64,000 bases of DNA from Octopus sinensis. Taxonomy: Eukaryota. The first letter of the stretch is position 1, and each line of letters begins with the position of its first letter. Below are positions 1 to 13,169 of this stretch, piece by piece. Below the pieces are notes generated by a model. It worked only from the letters and a program-made list of their open reading frames with translations. It was not told where the DNA came from and searched no databases. The translations under genes and the position numbers were made by a program. The DNA lies in assembly GCF_006345805.1 (NCBI RefSeq), contig NC_043013.1, forward strand, positions 37,634,001 through 37,698,000. Reading direction: 5' to 3'.

Positions 1-367
1 GTTACAAAATCGAGGGTTCTGGTTGATCCAATCAACGGAACAGCCTGCTCGTGAAATTAACGTGCAAATGGCTGAGAATTCCACAGGCACGTGTATCCTT
101 AACGTAATTCTCGGAGATATTCAGCTTGACAGAGAGTGTGACAAGGCTGGCCTTTTCAAATACAGGTACAACAGAAACAGGAAGAAAGAGTGAGTGAAAG
201 TTGTGATGAAAGAGTACAGCAAGGTTCACCACCACCCCATGTCGGATCCTCATGGAGCTTTCAGTGTCTTCCCTCAATAAACATTCACAACGCCTGGTTT
301 TGGAATCGAAACCGTGATCCAATTACTGCGAGTCCGCTGCCCTAACCACTGGGCTATTGCACCTGCA
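1..367 (-). mobile_element. tRNA-derived SINE, group A, tail type i
   Basis: Reverse complement carries a tRNA-like head (A box TAGCCCAGTGG, B box GGTTTCGATTCC). Body and tail are homologous to the TSD-flanked copy at 55261-55651. Confidence 0.8.
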
Positions 368-886
368 CATCTAACGTACTAGATATGAAGTGAAATGAAA
401 CTCGACTGGCGTCTTCAAGAAGATTTAAATTAAAACATCTCAAATAGACTGAAATTAGAAATAAAATAATTGAAGTGGCATTCAAACGTTGTAGAATATA
501 TTTGTTATAATCTCCCTCAAGGCTGCAAGCCCAAGAATCCAGAGATTATCCAGATTTTCAAACTGTTTAGGTGAATGAGCTAAAAAACACATTCGGCAGC
601 ACTTTACTCCGTCAAGTTATCGTTGATGGTCATTTTAGGTGAAAAAGACTTGTGGAAGGTGAAAAGGAAAACGTAGCTCAAAAACAAAGCAAAGTATTCA
701 TCGAGCCTCCAATCTAAACCCATTCCTCAGTTCAAAATTCGAGTCAGAAGGCCAAGAGCATTTGCTTGTTAATTCACTGTCCCGTGAAAAATCGATAAAA
801 AGAAATAAAACCGAATGTACAAGAGCAATGTGTGCATGTATATATACATATACCTACTAACCTACTAATATATATATATATATATA

Positions 887-1700
887 CAGGGTGCGATTGG
901 TAGATTGTCGCCATTTTATGTTTTTAATTTCGCGCATGCGCATTGTTTATTATTTTGTCGACTACGCAGTATAGTAGGGTCCATTGGGCACCGTCTGTGA
1001 GAAAAACAGCACCATAACACAATTCACTCTTCCGGAAATCTGGAAAAGACATGCTGTACTATTTGACATTCGCTCCGAAAGCTCCAATACGATCATTTCA
1101 GAGTGTTTTAGTGTCTGTGTGAGGACAGTGCAGTCTGAGGACATGTATTTTAGAGTGATAAAAATCAAACATTCAGTCAACATCATGGTGTTTGGAGTGA
1201 TTACTAGTTATAGCGACGGTATTCCTCCATTCTTCTTTCCACACGATCTCAGACTGAACACGGAGGCCTACATAAGGTGCCTCGAGGAGGTAATTTTGCC
1301 CTGTGTCAGGACGGTGGTTACTGGAAGCCCTATGTCTAACAGCAAGACTCTACATCATACCACATAACCTGAAGAACCCACTCATGGCTGTCGGGCAATT
1401 TCTGCGACCACATCACCCCTAACATCTGGCCGTCTAGCTCCCCAGCCTACAACCCCTTTGATTATCATATGTGGGACACAGTTGTGCGAGATACCAACAA
1501 AACTCCTTGTAACACCAAAGATCAACTGAAGGCAAGAATTATGGCAGCATTCACAAGGTGACTGCCCAGAAGAGTTGCAGGTGATTCCGAAGTCGTCAGG
1601 AGGCCGAGGTTGAAGCCAATGGCGATTTTATTGAAAGAATTTACTCTTTGTGTATTTGAAACCTTTGAACAACCTGAAGTCAGTACGAGTAGAGCTTTAT
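887..1700 (+). mobile_element. maT-type (DD37D) Tc1/mariner relic, catalytic half
   Basis: Starts TA|CAGGGTG. Translation gives VMVFGVI...QQD-x37-D (QQDSTS...WPSSSPAYNPFDYHMWD) with a frameshift and stops. I counted 37 residues between the 2nd and 3rd Asp. Confidence 0.8.
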
Positions 1701-2169
1701 CACTCTCTGAGTCATCCACTAGACTGAGCTTTTGTTGACGCTAAGTTCCAGTGCAGTCCTCCACATGGACTTCCACTGGCTTTTCGCGAACGCCCGCTTC
1801 AAGAGTTCGGTGTTTTCATCAGTGACGGTAGTAGCAGTCCTTCTGCTGCGTGGTTTATCAAGAACAGCTCTTCTTTTGAGAAACTTCCCATAGATAGCAT
1901 AAATTGTGCTACGCGTTGGAGCAGTGTGACAGGCATAAACCTTCTTAAACATGCGCTGGACTGCGGTAGGGGACTGAAAAAGTTCTTCCCAGGCGGCAAC
2001 TATGCAACGTTGCTCTAACATCAGTTGGCGAGCCATGGGCAAGGGAATGATACACTTACAAAAACTGCAAGGTCTAAGGTGTCAAAGGATGATGGCTTCA
2101 TGTTTCTCCTTTTGATACCTGAAACGAAATAGAAAAAAGGAAGTGTATAGAGACTCTTGTGACACCCTG
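1700..2169 (-). mobile_element. Second Tc1/mariner relic, N-terminal HTH half
   Basis: ORF 1719-2042 (QSPTAVQRMF...PTRSTIYAIYGKF...VLDKPRSRR...VTDEN) resembles the DNA-binding region of maT/rosa-like transposases. Terminus CACCCTG at 2163-2169. Confidence 0.7.
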
Positions 2170-2319
2170 TGTATATACATATGCCTTTAATCTTATACTT
2201 TTCAGTCGTCTAATTGCGGACATTCTAGAGCATTATCTTGAGGAATTTTAACCGAATTAATCGAGCCCAGTAGCTATTCTTTCAAAGCATGATACTCTGT
2301 CGATTTCATTTACCGAACC

Positions 2320-2535
2320 AAACGCACTCTTAGAAATAGACTTACTATTCATAAACAACAAATACGAGACCCAAGAGCGATGAAGATATCATTTAGTGAA
2401 CACATAGACATTTGAAAAATATAAGTCTCCCTAATTCCAATTTTTCTACTTTACCTTTGTGAAGTCAAAACCAAAAGACCAAGCAGGATTAACAAAGAAA
2501 ATATATTCATAGAAATATACAAACCAAGACTGAGC
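2320..2535 (+). pseudogene. Penelope-like GIY-YIG endonuclease C-terminal fragment
   Basis: Translates KRTLRNRLTIHKQQIRDPRAMKISFSEHIDI* then RINKENIFIEIYKPRL. This parallels REHIDIY...KESYFITKYKPLLN of the element at 29906-30217. Confidence 0.6.
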
Positions 2536-3589
2536 ACTCTTCAACACACTGCATTCACGAACAACTGTTTACACACAGACTCATTCTACTGCTTGGCATG
2601 ATGAATTTATATCGACAACAGCCTTTATTTTGGACACAATAATGGCTGCTAACTAGCAGATTCTACATATACATAAGTGTTGAATGGTTTCGTAAAAGAC
2701 ATTTAGTAGCTAATTTAATGCCCGCGTACAGAACACAAAATATAGCTATTCAGCTACTAAACTACATAGAAACAACTTCTGTCCACTCTACCACTCGACA
2801 GATTAATTTAGAGAACTTTATTTTGCGACTGTCATGAGACATGTTCATTCAACCGTGTCAGCCTTGATTTTCGGTGCAAAAATATTTTCACATATTAACG
2901 CACTGACGTAGTGGAGAACTTACAAAAATTTCTATACACGAGATCTTCCTTACTTCATTTGACAGATACAATTCCGACAATACTGACTGCTAGAAATTTC
3001 TACAAGAGATGTTCACTCAACCATGACTGTTTTAATATGCCCAAGCATATTGTCACATGATATTAAAAAGCTCCACGTCTTTGTCTCTCAACATTTGAAA
3101 ATCAGTGAAACGAGGAACCGGTTCAGTCTTTAAAGATTTAACATAAGATTCCTCGCCAGTCATCGTTCGAAGTACCCTTAAAATTTCACGCCTTTAGCGA
3201 TAATATTTTTCAGTTTTGGTGGCGTCACGAGCGAGAGGCTGCTAGTAAGAGCGAGCGAATGCTGGGGACAGTGACGAAAACAAACCCGACACAAATGTGA
3301 ATATACAAAGAAAACAAAATATAAAAAAACAATAAAATAAGGCATGAGGTACACACATACATACAAACATACGGACACACACAGACACACACACAAGCAC
3401 ACACCGAAACAAAAGCTTGTTGTGAAGTAAACGGAGGGATATGGAGAATAATTGGAGAATAATTCGTTAGATGGTCGCTTCATCGCTCTAACAATGGTAT
3501 AAAACAAGCTTATGAGAACTTTTAGTAATAATATATTAATTAAAAGAAGTAACACAAACGTACACACACGCACGCCCATATATTATTTT

Positions 3590-3890
3590 ATTTATGCGCC
3601 CTTTTCAAGCCTAGCCAGGCTCATGGTCCCGGTTTCCCGGTTTCTGTGGTGTATGTATTCCCCTCAAGCTGGACGCGATGGCCGTCCATCGCAGCGTTAC
3701 TTAAAAAACAGGAAGAAAGAGTGTGAGAAAGATGGGGCGAATGAGTACAACAGGGGTCCCCCCCACCCTGGGAACGTCGTGGATTTTAGGTGTTTTCGCC
3801 CAATAAACACACACCGCCCGGTTTGGGGATCGAAACCGAGGTCATCCGAACGCGAGTCCACTGCCCTAACCACTGGGCCATTGCAACTCC
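3590..3890 (-). mobile_element. tRNA-derived SINE, group A, tail type iii
   Basis: Same head and central segment as the other group A copies, followed by a different 3' tail (...GAAACCGGGAAACCGGGACCATGAGCC...). Confidence 0.7.
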
Positions 3891-3936
3891 ACTATATATA
3901 TACTTTCATAAAGCTTCCCGTTATATATATATATAT

Positions 3937-3990
3937 AGCGTCCAATAAAACTTTATTTGTTCCACATCCTCGCGTTGTTGTCTTTTTGTT
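3937..3990 (+). repeat. 3' fragment of the small repeat at 61600-61810
   Basis: AGCGTCCAAT...TTGTTCCACATCCTCGCGTTGTTGT...TGGATTAAC matches 61731-61810. Confidence 0.7.
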
Positions 3991-4005
3991 TTCTTGTTTG
4001 GATTA

Positions 4006-4138
<133 letters not shown>

Positions 4139-4455
4139 GGCAGAGAGACATACAGATAGACAATTAGAGTCTGTGATAGATAAAGACTTATATAGATTGA
4201 CAGAGACATAAGAAAAATACATAAATATATAAATTGAACAAATAAATAGATTTATATTAGGTTTGAAACCTCAACAGAGTTATTTTTGATACGCCATGTT
4301 GAAGGCAGCTGTCCAGAATCTCAAAATTTTAATGTTAGTCTTGACACGAGAGAAGCAGTAGCGAGATAAGGCTGCGACTAATTTCTCTCAGCCATAAACA
4401 AGATATTTAGCAATGTAAATAAACATGGAAATAATAGCAACCAAACATTAGCCCC

Positions 4456-4514
<59 letters not shown>

Positions 4515-5374
4515 GATACAAATACACATACCCTGACACATAGACAATAAAACGTAGAGTTACATTGTTCCGCACACATATTTGAAAGGATGAACGTTTT
4601 TCAATGTAGGCAAAGGCGTCTAAGATTGTCTATCTGTCTGACTTAAGTAGTATAGGGAACTACAGATTCCTCGCCAACAAAAAATTCGGAAGACAAAAGT
4701 ATATTTTAGTCTCACCTACGTGCGTTTGGTGCCGAGCTGTATGTGTTAATCCCTGAGGAAATGAGGCCTCGTCCTGGTTACGGTGTCTGCTGTATTCATT
4801 TCATCCGAATTACTTCACTAACTACCATCATTTCAAAGTAATTGTGCCAAAGCCGATGCCTCTCTGCTGTTCCTAGTACTCTTAGAAATAACACCCATAT
4901 TCTATTGAAATTATAATCTATTTAATTTCTTAAAAACAGGACACACTATGTAATGAAATATTGGCTTCCGTGTGCTTAGGACTTAAAAGGTATTGTCGCA
5001 GCTGGAACGTTTTCGATCATAGGCTGTTTTTTTTTTATTAGATTGGCTCTTACTACGGCACAGCAGCTCAAAGATTTCCATTGCGAAGTGAAGGAATGCG
5101 TCTTTTATATCTGTGCTGTTAAGATTAACCTGGGGGTAAACTTGAACATCAATTAAAACTTAGGGGATTTTACGAGATAGTGACTGATTCTAACAGGGGA
5201 CCGGTCTTACAGGTTAACTTGTTAAAAATAAGAATCAAATCTGGTATTGTCATATAAAGAAATCTTATATATATCATGTACTTAAACTGACTCTTACTGC
5301 AGTCACGCTGTGGTACAGCCTGGAAAGTGTTAATGAAAAACACCGGCAGCAGTGTTTAATTTTATACCTTGTGC

Positions 5375-5647
5375 TTATACTATCGGTCTCATTTTGTCGA
5401 ACCAGTTGTCAAGTAGAGAGACACTGAAATACGCTCTCACACAGATACCCCACATGTGCACACGCAAATGCACAAATACATATAGATACGACGGATTCTT
5501 TCAGTTTCGTCAACCAAATCCATTCGCAAAAGTTTGGTCGACTGAAGGTTATTGTATAAGACACATGCCGAGCGTGCCACACAGTTGGACTGAACCCGAA
5601 ACCATATCGTTCGGAAGAAAGGTTTTTAACACAAAGCCATGTCTGCA
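5375..5647 (-). mobile_element. Degraded SINE, group B
   Basis: Reverse complement matches the group B consensus seen in this window (GGTTCAGTCC...GGATTTGGT-GACG-AAACTGAAAGAA). Confidence 0.65.
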
Positions 5648-6381
5648 ACGAACTCTACAGGGGCCGAAGGGTAGATCGATAGAAAGATAATGTGACCGTA
5701 TTTGCAATGTGTTTGATGATAGCTGTGATAGATCAGTGTGGTCATCGGGCGAAACCACAACATTCATTTCTCCATATTGACCAAGCACTACCTTAACTTC
5801 TTTAAAGTCGACTGCTAAGCCAACCATTTCATGAGACGTGCCGGCTATTTGACGTTCGTGTTAATATGAAGGTGATGAGAAAGGGTTTTGCTATTTTGAA
5901 CATAAATCTGCTTATATTAAAGAAAATTACTTGACGTATAAAATAATCACAGATGTACGTAACAGACACGCGGGCACAGACAGACGCACACCTACATTAG
6001 AATGATATGTATATATACGCATATGGATATTTCAATATGTAGGTATATATATATATACACATGTGCGCATGCACATGTATATACGGTATGAAGAATACAC
6101 AGGCTCATAGAAAGCTGAAATTAGACAGGAATAGAAAGAAAGAGGCAGGTATATGTTTCTTTGTCTTTAAGATTACCATTAAATTGTATATATTCTAACA
6201 CATTGATGAATTAGTTTTTTCCTTACTTTATTTCAAATTATTTCCAGTCCTCTTTCTGTTAATTCTCTTTCAATATCTTTGATGAAAGACACTAATCTTT
6301 GTTCATTCCCTCTACTTTCCCCCTCACTATCTCTCCTCTCTCTTCAATTTTCTTTCGCCCTCTCGCTCTCTCTCTCAGAAG

Positions 6382-6417
<36 letters not shown>

Positions 6418-6615
6418 CATATATATATATGTACACACACACACACATGCATCCATACATGCATTATACAAACACACATGTATCCCCACACGTACATGTA
6501 CTTATCTTTATACACACACATGTGTGTTCTCGAACACATAAATGTGTATTTTGCTTGCAAATTCTCCACACCCTCCCATTCTCTCACTCTCTCTGTTCCC
6601 TTCTTTCTCTCTCTT

Positions 6616-6631
<16 letters not shown>

Positions 6632-6656
<25 letters not shown>

Positions 6657-7385
6657 CTTTCTCTATCGTCCTGTCGCTGTATGTTTACACTTAATGTTAT
6701 CTATTACATCAACGAAACCATTCCTTGAGGCTTCATTTCAAACAAGCAACATCTGTAAGCAGGATTACAAACAGAATATATACCAGATATATCAGCGGGT
6801 GTTAGCAACTCACAGTAGCTAATCACTCAACAGAAAAATTCGTGTTTAGCGTCCTGTTATGTTTCAAATCATTTACAGTACAGCCGTAATTTTTTTATAA
6901 TTAGAGCCTTTCAAACAAGACGGCATTTTTGTTAATCTATTTTGAATAGTACATAGATTTTAATTCGTATTTTATGTTTCATTTATTTAAATATCTAAAC
7001 AACTTATCTCTCTCCTTCTCTCCCCATGTATATAATATATTTGTACCATACACACACAAACACACACACACACACATTATAATATTGTATACATAGGCGC
7101 AGGCGTGACTGTATGGTAAGCAGCTTGCCTCCCAATGACATGGTTCCAGATTCAGTCCCACTGCACAGAACCTTGGGCTGGTGTCTTATGCTCAACCCTC
7201 GGACCGACTACAGCCTTGTGAGTGCATTTTGTAGATGGAAACTGAAAGGAATCAATCGTATACTGAACAGTATATACATACAGGATACAATCACATTTTT
7301 TTAATAGCAGAAAAAAATTGCCTCAGCCAGCAAATTTTTCTGTTTTAAAAAAAGGATCTTATCCTGTATATATGTACGTGTGTGA

Positions 7386-7463
<78 letters not shown>

Positions 7464-8322
7464 GCGTGCGTGTGCGTGTTTGCGCACGCGCGCGTGTCTG
7501 AACAGTTCAGTATTTACGCTTTGAATAAAATTTATCTTTCTACTTGCTCTCTCTCTCTCTCCTCTCTCTCTCTCTCGCTCTTTCTCTATCGTCCTGTCGC
7601 TGTATGTTTACACTTAATGTTATCTATTACATCAACGAAACCATTCCTTGAGGCTTCATTTCAAACAAGCAACATCTGTAAGCAGGATTACAAACAGAAT
7701 ATATACCAGATATATCAGCGGGTGTTAGCAACTCACAGTAGCTAATCACTCAACAGAAAAATTCGTGTTTAGCGTCCTGTTATGTTTCAAATCATTTACA
7801 GTACAGCCGTAATTTTTTTATAATTAGAGCCTTTCAAACAAGACGGCATTTTTGTTAATCTATTTTGAATAGTAACATAGATTTTAATTCGTATTTTATG
7901 TTTCATTTATTTAAATATCTAAACAACTTATCTCTCTCCTTCTCTCCCCATGTATATAATATATTTGTACCATACACACACAACACACACACACACACAT
8001 TATAATATTGTATACATAGGCGCAGGCGTGACTGTATGGTAAGCAGCTTGCCTCCCAATGACATGGTTCCAGATTCAGTCCCACTGCACAGAACCTTGGG
8101 CTGGTGTCTTATGCTCAACCTCGGACCGACTACAGCCTTGTGAGTGCATTTTGTAGATGGAAACTGAAAGGAATCCATCGTATACTGAACAGTATATACA
8201 TACAGGATACAATCACATTTTTTTAATAGCAGAAAAAAATTGCCTCAGCCAGCAAATTTTTCTGTTTTAAAAAAAGGATCTTATCCTGTATATATGTACG
8301 TGTGTGAGTGTGTGTGTGTTTG

Positions 8323-8370
<48 letters not shown>

Positions 8371-8448
8371 CGTGTGCGTGTTTGCGCACGCGCGCGTGTC
8401 TGAACAGTTCAGTATTTACGCTTTGAATAAAATTTATCTTTCTACTTG

Positions 8449-8471
<23 letters not shown>
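6632..8471. repeat. Tandem duplication of a ~0.90-0.92 kb unit, each copy containing a SINE B head
   Basis: CTCTATCGTCCTGTCGCTG at 6661 and 7584. The copies are near-identical and bounded by (CT)n tracts. SINE B heads at ~7095-7260 and ~8017-8180. Confidence 0.9.
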
Positions 8472-8535
<64 letters not shown>

Positions 8536-8669
8536 CACACACCCCACACATATATATGTGTATGTGTATACACATATATACACAGTTACTCAATAAATGA
8601 AAAATTAATTAAATACTAAAAAATCACATACACACACATATATAGATATATGCGTGTGTGGGATTTTTG

Positions 8670-8760
<91 letters not shown>

Positions 8761-8955
8761 TTATATGTATATATATACACACAAATAAATGTGTATATGT
8801 ATATATATATATATATATAGACACATATAAATGTGTATATATATATATATATTATATCAAATTAGAGACAAAACCACTATTATGCAAATCAAACAAAGAA
8901 AGACTTAAGCCAATACATAAAATAATTTATATAAATTAAGATTTAACATATGAAT

Positions 8956-9007
8956 AACCACTACGATCGTTTCGTGTCAGCACATCTTAGACATTCTTCA
9001 GGTGGTT
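8956..9007 (-). ncRNA. Minimal type I hammerhead ribozyme motif
   Basis: Minus strand reads AACCAC-CTGAAGA-ATGTC(loop)GACAC-GAAAC-GATC-GTA-GTGGTT. It has a 6 bp stem I, both core strands, a palindromic GATC loop III and a GUA triplet. A.C mismatch at the base of stem II. Confidence 0.75.
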
Positions 9008-9059
9008 TCAAAACCTTCTTAGCGAGTTCATAATTTAAAACTCGCTAAGAAGGTTTTGA

Positions 9060-9110
9060 AACCACCTGAAGAATGTCTAAGATGTGCTGACACGAACGAT
9101 CGTAGTGGTT
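9060..9110 (+). ncRNA. Hammerhead motif copy in the right arm (GAAC instead of GAAAC)
   Basis: AACCAC CTGAAGA ATGTC...GACAC GAAC GATC GTA GTGGTT. One A is missing from the core (mutation or sequencing error). Confidence 0.55.
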
Positions 9111-9298
9111 ATTCATATGTTAAATTTTAATTTATATAAACTATTTTATGTATTGGCTTAAGTCTTTCTTTGTTTGAGTTGCATAATAGTGGTTTTATCT
9201 CTAATTTGATATAATATAATATTTTACTATAAAATTGGATTCAATCTTAAATCTGATTTTTCCTTGTAAATTTGGATTTATTCCCTAATATTTATTAT

Positions 9299-9346
<48 letters not shown>

Positions 9347-9351
9347 TCAGA

Positions 9352-9410
9352 GGAGGACGCCTGATGAGGGCTGGAAAGTACGGTAGCTGAAACAGGATGA
9401 TAAACAACAG
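9352..9410 (+). ncRNA. Degenerate hammerhead-like motif related to the 56412-56455 family
   Basis: GACGC CTGATGA G GGCT...AGCT GAAAC. Both core strands and stem II are present; the cleavage triplet and stem I partner are not recognisable. Confidence 0.35.
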
Positions 9411-10217
9411 TTAGTTCTACTAAAGAGTGCACATAGTAGAAATACAGCATGTCTGAAACAGAACTGTATTATAACGTCGGTAAGGTGTCGACATAACACA
9501 TCAATGAAGGTATAAAAATCCACTCCGTCGCTCCCTGTGGGCTTAGAGCAGTGGAAAAAAAGGCATGGTTAATGCACTTCAATCATCTACAAGCTCTAAG
9601 TTCAGTTCCCGACGAGACATTGAGGTGAATCAAAAGTCATTTAGAGAAGGCTTAGCCTACAGCCGCCAAAATGTAGTAAAAGCACGATGATCACGTCAGT
9701 TCCACATATGCAAAGACTGTACATTTCGGAAAAATAGAAAGGAGGATACCTTTTTGTCTAGCATTTTACAAATAATTTAGTAAACATATGTATTAACTCA
9801 AATATAATCTGTTATATATAAATGTGTGTATGACTCTATGCATGTACGATTCTATGAACGTGCGTGCATTCATGGTTGCATATATAAAGGGAGCTGGACT
9901 AAGTGAAGAAAGGTTAGAGAGTATGGAAAAGATAAATTTATCATTTTGAAACTAATGTCTTCTGAATTTCTTCTGTTTCCAATGGAAGTGAAAAAACGAC
10001 AAAGTGGTGTTATGTGGAAAAGTCAGAGTGGAAATTTCGGGAGTCAATGGCTCTGTTGCCAAATTAGATATACATGAGGCTCTCAACAAGACTTTTCGGA
10101 AGTCGGCGACCAACTTTCTGATTGTAATTTGAAGCATAAAACGAGCATTCATTCCATGACGTAATTAAGGTTTTAAAATGGTGTAAAAAATTTCATAAAA
10201 GGAATATTGTGGTAAGC

Positions 10218-10555
<338 letters not shown>

Positions 10556-12714
10556 AGTGTGTTTGTGTGTATGCATGCATGTGTTCATGTTTGCATGTAC
10601 ATAGCTCTCAGAATCTAATTACGAAGAAAATTGGATCAACTGCACCACATGACATAGGAATCGAGATTACTGATCAGCTTCTTAAGAGTGATTACAAGAA
10701 CTGATAAACCATATCAGTGCGCTTAGAGTTCTCCAGACTGCAGCATGAATCCTGCTGCGAATTGTATTTGATCGGTGCCTCTAATGAAGAAAATATTCTA
10801 TTTTGTTTATACATATTTTTGAAAATATTGTCAGGTAAAACTAATTAAAACTCCCAAATGTACCTGAGAGAGAGAGAGGATATTATTGTCGGTGCTAGAA
10901 TTGTTATCACTTACGTTTCTAGATTTCAATAGTCAAGTAACTGTTGGCAACCTTAGTTGGGGACATTCTGTATTTCATTCACGTGACATGTGGTAAAACT
11001 AGAATGCTGACCTTAGGAACACCTCTGCGTTGTTCGTGTCAAATTTATTACTCTAAATGTTCGGTGGAAGGAAATCTTATCAGTGATATCGACCTGAATG
11101 CCATGCCAAGAAACGCAATGCATTAAAGAGAAAATGGGTAAGTTGTCTAGCAAAAATGGGATTGATGGATGGAAAAGCTCTTAAGAGGCATTATAACATA
11201 CAACCCATTTCTAGTCGATGACCTGACTGTCAACTCGTTAACTTTGTTAAAATGTCTCTTTACTATCTTTATATATGCCGTGAACGGAGAACTCATTCGC
11301 TTGAACTATATCCATTATTTACATCGTGAATTAAAAATTATTGTCTACTTCACCAAAGCATAATGTCTTAGCATCTGCAATTTATTACGAATACTTATCG
11401 ATTAATTGAATTTTCCCTCATAAATTTCATCAGGTTCTTCGACAGATGTATGTTCCGTTTTGATCTTCTCCCACTTTTAATGTTTTTCTTTAACTTCACT
11501 ATCCTAATATCATATCCAGAACTACTAAGAACATTACAGCCTACAGGTTTCATGCTCAAATTTTTCTAGCATTATTTTACCTAAACTGTTTTGCTTATCG
11601 TTCTGTCCTTACCGAAGGTTCCCTTACTGTGTGTCTAACATTGATCACCCAGAGAAGATTTCTTTCTTTCTCTTTTTTTTTATCGCAGCACGCTAAAATA
11701 AAGATATCAATTTATTTTTAACAAGACAGAAAATTCTGACATTTTACGGGTATTGGGAAATGGAAGTATTGCATTCATGCGTTTTTCAAAGCCATTAGTG
11801 ACGTACTAGAAATTGAATGACTTCAAGCATAGAAAGAAAGTATGTCGCAGCTTCGGGTTAATTATACTATTGATTATAACAATGAACTCTAAAATCGATT
11901 GCACTTATCGGGGTGGTGGACACCGAATCATTTTGAGTAAAACGTATGCTTGAATAGAGTGCTGATGATGTAACATGAACCCAGAAGGTTAAGCATTCTT
12001 AGTCTGAAGACTGGATATTTCCACTTACAATAACACACAACCGTAAACATGGTGTTATATAATATATAATCCAGGATTGTAGCTAACTGTTTCTTTAACC
12101 AATTATATACATACAATATCCATCATTATTATTCCATTTTCATTTTAGGCGTGGGTGTTACAGTATTAATGACCTTGTCACAACTGATGTCAGACATTTT
12201 CTATGAATTTTGTTTGTATAATATCCAAACATTTAAACGGATTTTAGTGCCACAGGCATTAATTTTAAATTTCCAAACCACTTTCCTTTGGACGATTTCA
12301 TAAATATTGGAATGTTTTCACATAAATATTAACTAAATTAATATATTACTCATGAAATAAAATTAAAATTTTGGATAATTTCTTATGAAGATGTTGTTCC
12401 AATAGAGTACAATTTGACAAAAAAAGTCATTAATTTAAAATATAAAATTGTTAGTGACTCTTTTGGTATGTAGCTACAATGTTCTAAGCATAAGCTATGG
12501 CGGTTCATTTGTGCTTTAGAAAAACGGAACATTTACTTTGTTCATTTAAGATAATTGAATGTCAGTAATCGAATAACCTTTTTCTCTACATTTGTGTATG
12601 CGCTTTACACAGGTCACTAAATACTAAAAGAAGCTGACAGCAACATTATTATTGTTGTTGTTATTATTATTATTATTATTGCTGCTGTTGTTACTGCTAC
12701 TGCTGCTGTTGTTG

Positions 12715-13165
12715 TTATTTTACTTCTCCGAACGTCCAGTCTTGTTTGTTATGGTAGATTCCATCAGAGCGGAGAGCAGCCCGCCGTCAGAGGTCTCTTT
12801 CTGCACATTATAAACTTTGATACTTCGTTAATTATCGTGGGAGACATCCAAGTACCCAGCTAAATTACTAGCTGTCCCCAACAGAGCGGTTTTGGGGGCT
12901 TACTCTACTCTCATGTCAATTCCGATTTCTTTGACATATTTCTCAAACTTGGTTGTTAGTGCTCCGAGTGCCCATACAACTTGAATGACAGACACTCTCC
13001 TCAGTGTATCCTTTCAGATCATTTTTTCTTAACCATCTCCAAGTATTGATCTTGTCTTCTCCTCTGATTTCTTTGAAATATTGCCCATGCTGTGGTTTCA
13101 TTTTCCAATTATTTACTCTTTCTTCATCATGCAGTGGTTTCATTTTACAATAGTTTACTATTTCT
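12715..13165 (-). mobile_element. Internally deleted R4/Dong-like non-LTR retrotransposon relic
   Basis: NNWKMKPQHGQYF...TWRWLRKNDLKGYTE is fused directly to VVWALGALTTKFEKYVKEIG...KTALLGTA. The 3' end abuts an (AAC/AAT)n tract at 12640-12720. Confidence 0.7.
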
Positions 13166-13169
13166 TCTT

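Larger units (their letters stand above)
8848..9218. repeat. Long inverted repeat (~180 bp arms, 10 nt loop at 9029-9038) inside (AT)n
   Basis: Left arm ...AACCTTCTTAGCGAGTT and right arm AACTCGCTAAGAAGGTT... are reverse complements, with only a few mismatches out to ~8848/9218. Confidence 0.9.

Noticed and set aside
4716-4752. 37 nt minus-strand exon (CCTCAG|...AG|GTGAGA)
   Set aside because: Short pyrimidine tract, unrecognisable peptide, and such motifs are expected by chance in 64 kb.
11434-11447. 14 nt plus-strand microexon (CATCAG|GTTCTTCGACAGAT|GTATGT)
   Set aside because: Plausible splice sites but no independent support; frame-shifting length.
12149-12300. Plus-strand exon with GVGVTVLMTLS resembling a Cys-loop receptor TM2
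   Set aside because: Good acceptor but no convincing donor, the frame ends in a stop, and no flanking receptor exons were found; the match is short.
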